Shown piece after piece: positions 11,570-21,700 of a DNA stretch of 64,000 nt. The position numbers and the translations under genes were made by a program. The stretch is from Thecamonas trahens ATCC 50062 (Eukaryota; Protista; Apusomonadida). Positions within the stretch are counted from its first letter, which is position 1, and every line of letters starts with the position of its first letter. The stretch spans positions 558,001 to 622,000 of the forward strand of contig NW_013657676.1 in assembly GCF_000142905.1 (NCBI RefSeq). The letters run 5' to 3'. Under the pieces are notes generated by a model that was not told where the DNA came from, ran no database searches, and worked only from the letters and a program-made list of their open reading frames with translations.

Positions 11570-14500
11570 ATGTTGGGCCACGATAGGATTGGAGTGGCCT
11601 TGAGTCTTGCAATGGTAGCGACGACCATACTCACGAGCCACATTGCAGGAGGAATTCTCACAGGCTATGTCCCTCCTATCAATGTGACCATCGTCGGCCT
11701 GTACCCTGTGACAGGTTCACTTGCCTCTCCAGGACAGGATATTGCATCGGCGGCAAAGCTGGCTGTGTCTCACGTAAATGCCGAGCCGCTGCTCCTCCCA
11801 AACGTACGCCTTCTGCAGTTGATCCTTGCCTCCTCCTCCCCCCCATGCCTTCCTCCTTCCCATGGCCACCGCCATGACACCCTCACCCCCCATACCCCCT
11901 ATATCCCCCCCCCGTCCATACCCCCTCCATACCATGCCCCTTCCCCCATCTCAATGTCATTTCCCGTTCTATGTCTCCCATTGGCGTCGGGCGCCCTTGC
12001 TGTGACAAACGCGGCGGAAACCGTTTCACCCTTCCTCCACCACCACCGCCACCACCACTACCTCCACCACCACTACTACTACCACCACTACCACCACCAA
12101 CTTGTGGTGACAGACCTGTTGTTGGAAATGAGACTCATGTGAAGACCATGCTCCGGCTGGTGGGTGTTTAGACTCGGATTATTCTGGAGGCTGTGGATAC
12201 ACAAGCTAGTGCGGCTCAAACAACGTTGTCGTTGCTGGCTACGTTGAGGAACGTTCAGCGCATTGTGGCTATCTCTGGAGCAGCAGTGTCATCGGTCTCG
12301 CGATCTGTGCAGAACATCGTCTCAGTCTTCAATATTCCGATGATCTCGCCAGCTTCAACAGCAGCTGTACTCTCCAACAAGGCATTGTATCCTACGTTCA
12401 TGCGAGTTGTTCCGCCTGACACGCTCCATGGCTCTGCAACAGCGTCGACAATCAAGAGCATCGGCTGGCGGCGAATTGCAACAATCTTTCACGACGACGA
12501 CTACGGGATCTCGTCGAGCCAGTCTTTGGTGACCAAGGCAGTGGAGCTCGGCATCGAGGTCTCGGCGCAGATCTCGTTTCCGTTTGGGACGACCGACTTT
12601 GTTACTGTTGTTGACGCAATAGAAAAGCTCTCGGACACGCACGTCCTGTTCATCGCATGCTACACTTTTGAGGCTGTGGAACTCTTTCGTGAGCTCATCA
12701 AGCGTGACCTGACCACCGGGCGGTTTGTCTTCTTTGGCTCGGATTGGCTCGTCGACGAGTTTTTCGAGTCGGATCTGGACCAAGACAAGCTCCACGGCCT
12801 GCTTGTGCTGCAATACCTGCTTGATTCATCGCCGCTGATGGATGCGTTTACCGACGAGTGGGAGACGCTCAACTCGACCGAGTATCTCGGCGCCGGCGAC
12901 CGTACGTACAGCCAGTTTGCACCGCTCTCATACGACACGGTCATGACTACGGCGTACGCGCTGCAGGCTGCGATCGACGATGGCGTCGATGTGTTTGACG
13001 GCCAGGTCCTGCTTCCGTATATGGCACAGACCACGTTCATTGGGCTGACCGGCAACATCAGCTTCGACGTCAACTACGACCGTATCTCACCGCTGGCCAT
13101 TCGGAACTACAAGGGCGGCGCAGCATTGCAGACGGTCGGCCAGTGGGACACCGCGTCGAACTCGCTGGTATTTACCGACTCGATCATCTACCCTGGCAAC
13201 ATGACACGGCCGCCGCACCTCCCTATTGTGGCGTCGCCCGAGTCTGACAAGCTTTTCATTGTGTTTGTCACGGTCGGCGTGGCCATCATTGTGATGGCGG
13301 CGATCATGCTCACTGTGAGTATAGTGATCATTCGGCGGCGGCGGGCGCAGGTTGCGTCGCTGGAAGAGCAGAACAAGCAGCTCAACCTGGAGGCGCGGGC
13401 ACTCAACTCGCGGCTGGACGTGCTGTCAGAGCAAACAGCGATGGCATCTGGCCGGCAGAGCGGGCCGGTCATTGACATGCCAGTCAATCAGGTGCTCGGC
13501 CTCTTGTGGCGACTGCAAGGCTCTGTCCGCAACCCCATCGACGTCCGCGACATCAACTCGGCCATCGAGGCCATCCAGTCGAACGTCCTATTCACACCCG
13601 AGACCCGCGACGACGCCTCGGTCTCTTCGAACCGCGACAACCTTACCCGTGACTGGATCCGCAAAACGCTCATCGGAGGAACTGGGCCGGCTGCGGCCGG
13701 AACCCACGGTTCGGCCTCGTACACCCGCAGAGGCTCCCACGTCCGGTCCGGCTCGCGGATTCTGCTCCCGATCTCGCCCTCCCCGCCCTCCCCGCTCGAC
13801 TTGGGCGTGTCGAGAGAGACTGCGTTCAAGCCGGCGCCGCACCTGGCACCACTGCTGGAAAACCTGGCGTCGCTAGAGTTTGACATCTTTGCGCTCGCCA
13901 TCCGCGACACGTGCACGCTGCGATCGGTGTTTTTGGCCATCTGCACCGAGAAGCAGCTGTTCACCCAGCTCGGCCTCGACTCGTCGGCTCTGGCACGGTA
14001 CATGATGGTGTTGGACAAGGCGTGCGAGGGCATGTCGAACCCATACCACAACGTGCTCCACGCCGCGGACATGGTCCAGTTTGTGCACTTTCTCCTCTCG
14101 ACCTCGGGCCTGTACGCGGTCCTCTCACCGCTCGAGTCGTTCGCTGCGCTGTTTGCGGCTGCGATCAAGGACGTGGGCCACCCCGGCGTCGACTCTTCAT
14201 ACCTGATCAAGACCAAGTCGGTTCTCGCCATCCGGTACTCGAATCGGTCTGTGCTTGAGCAGCACGCATTGGCGATGGCATTCCAGCTCGCCCTTGCCGA
14301 CAAGTTTGACGTGTTTGCGCCACTGAGCGCCAAGTCCTTTGCCGCCTTTCATGAGCTCGTTGTCGAGCTCGTGATCGGAACCGACATGCACAAGCACGTC
14401 GAGGTTATGTCGCGCTTCAAGATTGCGTTCGGACTCGGGCGTGAGGGCGGGTCGGAAGCATTACCGCAGCATGGCCAGGCACCGCTCCAGGGCTCGCAGC

Positions 14501-15135
14501 TGTTGGAAGGCATCCAGTCGAACGCCAAGCTGAGAACGATTGTGCTGCAGCTGATTGTCAAGATGGCGGACGTGTCGTATCCGTCGCGGCCGTGGGCTAA
14601 GGCCAATTCGTGGGCGCACCGGTACTCACGCGAGGCGTTCCAGCAGGGCAAGCAGGAGCGGGCGCACGGGTTGGCTGTCTCGCCGTTCATGGACGGCATG
14701 GCGTCGTCGGTGGCCAAGGCGCACGTGTCGATGATCCGCATCGTGGCGCTCCCCATGTTCCAGGCCTGGTGCGAGCTCTTCCCCATCGACGAGTGCCTTG
14801 GCCACATGCGACACTGCCTGCGGCACTGGTCGTCGGCGTCGACTGACGAGATGGAGCACGCCCACGAGACGGCGCTCGCGGCCATGGACGCCTTTGACCG
14901 GACATTCTTTGCCTCGGACGGCGGCTCGCCGGTAGTCACCAACGGCGGCATGCAGAAGAGCACGCTAGCGCCCAACCAACCCAACTACATCGAGTCGGTC
15001 ATCTCAGGCCTTCTCGACGTCCTTGACGACGATGAGCTCTGTGAGGAAGATGAGGACAACGAAGCGACGCCGGTCGCGAGTGGGGCCGATGCGGACATCG
15101 CCGTTGCTCTTGACGCGCACGGCGGCGAGGAATGA
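11570..15135 (+). CDS. Venus-flytrap (ANF-receptor/class C GPCR type) ectodomain + single TM + coiled coil + degenerate class I cyclic-nucleotide phosphodiesterase; exon 1 11570-11803, intron 11804-12171
   Basis: Signal-like N-terminus. VFT motifs IVGLYP, AVSHVN, PMISPAST, LSNKALYPTFMRVVPPD, IGWRRIA, DDYG, SYDTV and FIGLTGNISFD. TM about 13250-13330. PDE motifs NPYHNVLHAAD, DVGHPG, LAIRY, TDM and KMAD. In-frame phase-0 intron AAC|GTACGC...TTTAG|ACT. Confidence 0.88.
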
Positions 15136-15175
15136 AGCACACAGCCCTACTCTCGGTTCTGCAGCTATCATAGTG

Positions 15176-18058
15176 TTAATCGAACCAGCGCTTCTTCTTC
15201 TTGCCACCGGCAGAGGCGAGGACGGCGCGGAACTCGTCGACCAGCGAGCCACCGGCGTTGTTGCCACTCTCAGCCTTGCGCTTGCGCGATTTGTTGTCGC
15301 TGCCACCAGCGTTCTTGCTGTTCTTGCTCCTTCTGTGAGCATCCTGGGACGACGACGAAGCGGCGGCGGCAGCAGCGGCCTCGGCCTTGCGCTTGGCCTT
15401 GTTCGCCTTGCGACGCGAGAGCTTCTTCTGTGGCACTTCGGGCTCGACGACAGCGGCGTCATCGAGGGCATCGCGGGCGGCGTTGAGCTTGCGGCGCTTG
15501 GCGGCGCGTCGCTCATCGTTGGACGGCTGCTTCTCGATCGAGTCGTTGCCGGCGGCGAGCTCACGCCGGCGCTTGCGAACCTCGTTGTCTGAGCCAAACA
15601 GCGAGAGCTTGTTGCTCTTGGCAGGCGCCTTTCTGCCAGCGCGCGAGGAGGCGTTTGCGGACTCGGGGGCAGTGCGCGAGGCTTTGACGGAGAGCTCGTG
15701 GCGCTCGATGGCCTCCTTGGCGTCGACAGCAAACTCGACGATGAGGCGCCGTTCGTCAGAGTAGAACTCCGGATTGTTGTTGAGGAGCTGGAGAGCCTTG
15801 AGGGCGTCGTCGTGATGGGCAAACTGGACGAAACCGTAGCCGCGCGAGCGGCCGATGCCTGCGGCGGTGATGCGGTTCTTGTCGCGGACAATCTTGACCT
15901 GCTTGATGATCTTGTGGCGGACATTGCGGTTGAGGGCCTTGAGAATGTCGGCCTTGAGCTCCTTCTCGGTCTTTGTCAGCGGGATGTTGCGAATGGCGAG
16001 GCGCTTCGTAGAGACCATGTTGTTGGGGTTCTTGAGAGCAGCCTGCTTCTCCTCGTAAGCCTTGACGCGCTTCTTGAGGTCCGACTCGGACATGCCGACG
16101 GCGGCGGCGGAGCCCGGGAGGATGACTCCCTCGTTGGCGATGGCCACGTTGCGGGCGTCGCGGCGCTCGGCCTCGGCACGGGCCTCGGCGCGGTGGTTGA
16201 CCAACTCGCGCTCGCGCGACTTGTCGACGGCGAGGACGACAAAGAGGCGGCGCTGGTTGAGGAAGATGCCCTGGCCGGCGTGGGCCGGCTTGCCCTCAGT
16301 GTCAAGCTCAGGCTCGTCGTCGTCGACGTCCTCGTCGTCGAGGCGGAGGCCCATCGAGGCGACGACCGATCGGCGGTTGAGATGCGACTTGGACTTTGCG
16401 GTGGACTTTGAGATGTTGAGGTCGTCCGAGCGGATGGCGGCGGCATCAATGGCGGCGGCGGCCTGCGCGGCGGTGTCAAACTTGACAAAGCCGACGCCGC
16501 GTGACTCGCCCGAGACCTTGTCATACACGATGCGGGCAAAGAGGACGTTGCCAAAGGCCGAGAAGGCCTCGGCGAGCTCGTGGTTCTGGGTCTCAAACGA
16601 GATGTTGCGGATAAAGACGGTGCGCTTCTCGTTGACGTCGGACGGGGCCTCGCGTGCGGGCCGGGCCGGGCGGTCGCTGGACTTTGAGCGACGGCGGGCG
16701 TCCGAGTCCGAGTCCGAGTCGCTGTCCGAGTCGTCCGAGCCTGAGCCCGAGTCCGAGCCCGAGTCCGAGCTGGCGTCGCTCTCGTCGTCCTTGACGGCGG
16801 CCTCAAAGACGCTCTTGGCAAAGGCAAAATCGACGGCAATGGGCCTGCGGAACGGTTGTGCGGCGTTGACGGCGGCGATGGCGGCGGCGGCGTGCTCGCG
16901 ACGCGAGAACTCAACAAAGCCAAAACCGCGCGACTTGCCCTCGCTGTTGAGCGGGAGGTGGACGTCGACGAGCGGCCCGTGGACTTCAAAGACGGCGCGG
17001 AGCTTTGCGGCGTCGACAGACCACGGCAGGTTGCGGACGATGAGGCGGCCGGGCTTGCCCGAGACCTTGGCCTTGCGCAGCGGGTCAAGGACAATCCATG
17101 CCTGGAGCGGGACGCCCTTGTGGATGCGGTCGTCGAGGGCTTCGACGGCAGCGCGGGCGAGCTTGGGGGTGAGGAACACAAGGTGGGCCTGAATCTCTGC
17201 GGGCGACTCACCGGCGAGCTGGCCGAGCATGTTGAGCTCCTCGGGCGTGAGCTTGTCGACGTCGACGGTGTGAGCCGATGAGGCGTTGTACTTTTCCGAC
17301 GAGAGCGGGCCCGAGGTCGGCGTCACCTCCATCTTGTCGCTGCCAAGGACAGGAAAGGCGAACGAGTGGAGCGAGCCGAGCTTGATCTTGAGAGCCTTCT
17401 TGAGCAAGACGCGGAGGGCCTGCTTGCCCTTGGTCACCTCGGAGATGGTAAAGCCGCGAACAACGACCGTCCGGGCAAGCATCTTGTTCCTCGTCCACGA
17501 CTTGGCCTCGACGGGTGCGCCGGACTTGCCCTTCTTGCCCTTCTTGCTCTTCTTCCCCTTCTTGCCCTCCTTGTGGCTCTCGGCCTTGGCCTTTTCCGAT
17601 GCGAGCAGCTCGAGCTTGTCGGTAGCCGGATCGGCGGCCTTGCGGGCAGCCTTTGCCTCTTCGGCCTTTGCCTTTGCTAGCGCAGCCGGAGGCATGGCGA
17701 CGGGAGCCTTCTTTGCCTTGGCATCATCATCATCCTTTGTCCCGATGACGAGACCAGGCGCATCCGATTCACCGTCAGCACCAGGCAGCGGCTCCCGAAG
17801 ACGACGAGAAGAGTAGACGACAGTCAGAGAATGACCCTTGACGGATCGCTTGTGGAACTTTGAGATGGCCTTTGCGGCATCTTCCTTGAGCGCAAAATGA
17901 ACGTAGCCAAAACCACGCGAGACCATTGAGCCCTTTTCGGTGACCACAAAGGCATGTCGGAGCGGACCGACTTCAGAGAAGAGCGCTTCCAGCTGTGCAG
18001 TGGTAAACGACGGCGGGAGGCCACGGACATGGACCATAGTCTCGGACTTCTTCCCCAT
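15176..18058 (-). CDS. RBM28: RNA-binding protein 28 / Nop4 (multi-RRM nucleolar protein)
   Basis: RRMs with SRGFGYVHF, RLIVRNLPW/SRGFGFVEF, TVFIRNI/SRGVGFVKF and RLAIRNIP/SRGYGFVQF; ALQLLNNNP, RLIVEFA and a C-terminal RWFD. Likely start MGKKSET at 18058. Confidence 0.92.
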   Translation of the reverse strand: MGKKSETMVHVRGLPPSFTTAQLEALFSEVGPLRHAFVVTEKGSMVSRGFGYVHFALKEDAAKAISKFHKRSVKGHSLTVVYSSRRLREPLPGADGESDAPGLVIGTKDDDDAKAKKAPVAMPPAALAKAKAEEAKAARKAADPATDKLELLASEKAKAESHKEGKKGKKSKKGKKGKSGAPVEAKSWTRNKMLARTVVVRGFTISEVTKGKQALRVLLKKALKIKLGSLHSFAFPVLGSDKMEVTPTSGPLSSEKYNASSAHTVDVDKLTPEELNMLGQLAGESPAEIQAHLVFLTPKLARAAVEALDDRIHKGVPLQAWIVLDPLRKAKVSGKPGRLIVRNLPWSVDAAKLRAVFEVHGPLVDVHLPLNSEGKSRGFGFVEFSRREHAAAAIAAVNAAQPFRRPIAVDFAFAKSVFEAAVKDDESDASSDSGSDSGSGSDDSDSDSDSDSDARRRSKSSDRPARPAREAPSDVNEKRTVFIRNISFETQNHELAEAFSAFGNVLFARIVYDKVSGESRGVGFVKFDTAAQAAAAIDAAAIRSDDLNISKSTAKSKSHLNRRSVVASMGLRLDDEDVDDDEPELDTEGKPAHAGQGIFLNQRRLFVVLAVDKSRERELVNHRAEARAEAERRDARNVAIANEGVILPGSAAAVGMSESDLKKRVKAYEEKQAALKNPNNMVSTKRLAIRNIPLTKTEKELKADILKALNRNVRHKIIKQVKIVRDKNRITAAGIGRSRGYGFVQFAHHDDALKALQLLNNNPEFYSDERRLIVEFAVDAKEAIERHELSVKASRTAPESANASSRAGRKAPAKSNKLSLFGSDNEVRKRRRELAAGNDSIEKQPSNDERRAAKRRKLNAARDALDDAAVVEPEVPQKKLSRRKANKAKRKAEAAAAAAASSSSQDAHRRSKNSKNAGGSDNKSRKRKAESGNNAGGSLVDEFRAVLASAGGKKKKRWFD

Positions 18059-18730
18059 CTTTGCACCGTCTGGAAATAGGTGGTGGTTTCGGACTTGGTG
18101 CTTTGGCGTGAGGTGGCGGTAAGTGGTTGGTGCGTTGGTTGAGTTGTGTGAGGATGGCGGTGGGATGGATGGATGGATGGGTTTGGGGTGGTGGCGGGAT
18201 TGGGGGGTTGGGGGTTGGGGGTTGGGGGTAGTGATCATTGGCGGGATTGGGCCGGGGGATTGAGGAGGAGGGATCTATGGAGGGGCTTGGTGGTGGGGGT
18301 GGTGGTGGTGGGTGGGGGGGGTAATGATCGGGAGGAGGCGCAGTGATCGGATCGGATGGGAAGGGAATCGAGTCGGGATCGGATCGGATGGGAAGGGGGA
18401 GGGGGAGGGGGGTTAGGGATGCGATCTGGAGGAGGGCATTGTCCAGAGCGGGCGGGATCGGGGCAGTGATCGCGAGGTAGACCAATCTGTAAAGGAGTGT
18501 GTGGGAGAGTACATGTCTTAAAATCGGCTTTCATGCCCCCCCCCCCCCCTCGCCCCGCCTCAGGACTCAACATTTCATTTTCACCCTCACCACCAACCAC
18601 CGACCACCATTCGCCTTTACCTTGTGCCATCGCGAGCGCACGCGCTGCCACTCGGTCACCCACCCGTCCCCACCCCCCCTACCGCCACCCACCCCTACCC
18701 CCCCTCTACCCCACCCAGCCCAAGTTGGGC

Positions 18731-21700
18731 ATGTCCCAAACATTCTATGATGCGGTCAAGACTGCTGTAGCGCAGCACAGGCCACATAGTACACAGGAGA
18801 TGATGTGGAAGGTCCAGGCAGAGCGAAGGCTGTTGCCCTTGCCCCAGCCTGCTCCTGCTCTCGCTGCGCAATCGGTTGTCTTTAGAGATGATGCTACATG
18901 CCCACAGCAGACTGCGACTGCGACTGCGACTGCGACTGACGCAACGTCGAGTTCTCTCGCTGCTTTGTCCTCGACCTCGCCCTCGTCGTCGGCATCGACT
19001 TTGGGCCCGGGTTGTTCTCACAACGGTGATCTTGACCGTGACCGCGATGGTCACCGCCATCACCATGGCGGCCATCGTGGTTCCTCGGCAGACGACGTTG
19101 TCGTTCGTGAGGGGCAAGTATCATCGCAGGCGTCATCATCGTCGTCATCAGGCGGCCAGGGCCTTGTCAGCAACAACGAGTTGATGGCCATTGTCCAGGC
19201 GCTGGGCTTGTGGCGGGCCGTGCCGTCGGCAGCTGTTCCAGCAGAGTTTGTGGCTGTCTTTGCCAAAGAAGCAGGAAAAGCGCAAGAGGCCGAAGAGTCG
19301 GGCGCAGCTACTTCGTCGATGACGCGATCGCGGCAGTACTCGCTGTCGGACATGGCTGCGGCCGCTCGCTCGTCAGCGTCGCCGCCAGACTCGCCGGCAT
19401 CCGGCGTGGCACCAGTCGGCGTTGCTGCCCGCCGTTCCGCGCTCCAACGGAACAGCAAGCGTGTTGACAGCCGCATGAGCTCCGGCGGCCAGAGCCAATC
19501 GTCAACCTTTGACGACTCGTTCACATTTTTCGGCCCGCCGGACTCGGATCGCCGCCGTGTCTTTGCCCGTCTTCGCCGCAAGGAGATGCCCACTACCGAG
19601 TTTGAGCTCCTCCCCCATTTGCAGGACGAGCTCGACCGCGAGCGCGCTGCACAGCGGTTTGCCGTCATGGCCTCCAAGCAGCGCGCTGCCGCCGGCCAGG
19701 CCGATGCCGCCGACGTCCTCGCCCAGCCCAACTCGCTCGACAAGACAGGCACTTTTGACGTGGGCGCGTCTGGTGGCGCCGTTCCGCCACCACCGAGTGG
19801 CGGCGATGCTGCTGCTTCGGGGGCGCAGCCCGCTGCCACTGCCGCGGCCGCGTCTGCCGCCGACAACGACGTCGTGGCTGAGCGTGCCGAAGTCGTCCCG
19901 CTCCGCACCATGCTCGAGAAGCAGCACTGGGTCAAGGACTCGCACGCTTGGGCATGTTATCACTGCGGTGCGTCCTTTTGGCTCTTTACCCGCAGGCACC
20001 ACTGCCGGCTGTGCGGCCAGGTCTTCTGTCGCAAGTGTGCGTCGTGGTTCATCCCCGCCCGCCTTGTCCTCGGCTCCAAAGGCAAGGACGTTCGCTCGTG
20101 CCAGTACTGCTACGACCACGCACTCGAGTCAGCTGCCACCTCTGAGGCCGCCGCCGCCGCGCTTGCCGCCAGCGAGGCCAAGGCCGCCGCTGCCAACCAG
20201 GCCAAGGCCAAGGCGGCCAAGGTCAAGGCCAAGGCCAAGGCCAAAGCCAAGGCAGCCAAGGCTAAGGCCCGTGCTGCCAAGAGCAAGGGCAAAGCTGCCC
20301 GCGCCGCTGCCGCTGCAGAGCCCGCCATCGACCCGACGCTCATGACGGCTGCGCGCATCTCGTTTGTCCTCGGCATGCGTCGCTCGGACGTGACCAGCTC
20401 GTCCGAGCCACAGGCTCCGCCCGTCCGCACCACCTCTGTTGTCGCCGGCTACCGCACACTCTCCACCATCAATCCACACCCGGCGCTCGACGACGACTGG
20501 GGCTCCGCCGCACCGTCGACGCTCACGCCCCCATCCCTCGGCCCACACGCCTCGGCTGACCCAGACCCGATGGCCTCGACCGGCGTCTCGGTTTCGGTCT
20601 CGGTCTCTGGCTCTGGCTCTGGCTCTTCCTCGTCCACCTCCGCCTCGACGGCCTCAAGCCCATCTTCGTCCGACAACGACAAACAAGGTTCATCCTCCTC
20701 TTCTTCCTCCTCTTCGTCTTCCTCCTCCGACGGCACCACCCACGTTGACAGATCGGGCACGCCCGCCATCGCGCCGCTCGCCAAGACCCGCTCGCGCCGC
20801 TCGGGCTCGGGCTCGGACTCTGACTCGGCTCGCCCGTCTGGCCTTGGCGAGCAGGACCGGACCGTCTCGCGCCCGTTCTACGCGTCTGACTTTGACATTA
20901 CAGACCGCAAGAACTCAGTATGGGGCTTTGATGCCCACGCCTCTGACGCCACCAGGCCGCGCAAGCCAGCGACGCTTCTCAGGCAGGTCTCAACTCCAAC
21001 AAGCATCCTCGCTAGTCATCTCCCCGCCTCGCCCACTACCGGCACCACACCCTCGGGCATCAACGCCTCGTCCGACTCGCTCCATCGTCTCACCCTCAAC
21101 ACCTCGGTCGAGAACTTCCGAGAGCTCGTGACAAGCAAGGCGAGGGAGGTGGGCGAAGGAAGCGGTTCTGGCTCTGCAAACGTCTCGGACACTCCGGGCT
21201 CCCCCGACGCTGTTTTCGCGCCGCTTGCTGACAATGCAGTCGTAGGCGTCGAGCGGCACTTTGCCACGGTCGTGCCATTCCTCCGCCCACTCGTGGCACA
21301 ATTGCTGGGCGATGCCAACCTCGATGACAGCCGCTACGGTGATGGCGTGACTCAGCTCGCACTCTGTGCTGCTCAGCACATCGCCCCGGTCCTCGCCGCC
21401 GGCGACTCGATGGACGTCCGCGAGTACGTCCGGTACGAGGTGCTGGCCACCGGAAACTTTGCAGACTCGGAGCTCATTCACGGCCTCGTGACTCCCAAGA
21501 ACATTGCACACAAGAAGATGGTCAACCACATGACCAACCCCAAGATCATGCTCCTTGGTTGCCCTCTGCAGTACTCGCTCACTGACAACGTCATGTCCTC
21601 GTTTGACACCATCCTCACCCATGGCCGCGAGTTCCTCAAGTCTCAGGTCTCGCGCGTCCTCAAGCACACGCCCGACATCATCGTGGCCCAGCACTCGGTC

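Noticed and set aside
18180-18420. GGGGTT-like and GATCG repeats as telomeric or CRISPR-like arrays
   Set aside because: Short, irregular G-rich low complexity in the RBM28/PIKfyve intergenic region, with no repeat-spacer structure.
18059-18730. N-terminal ORF extensions of RBM28 and PIKfyve (likewise CENP-I 50416-50982 and XRN1 59133-59238)
   Set aside because: Pro/His-rich read-through of UTR or intron sequence; better starts or splice sites exist.
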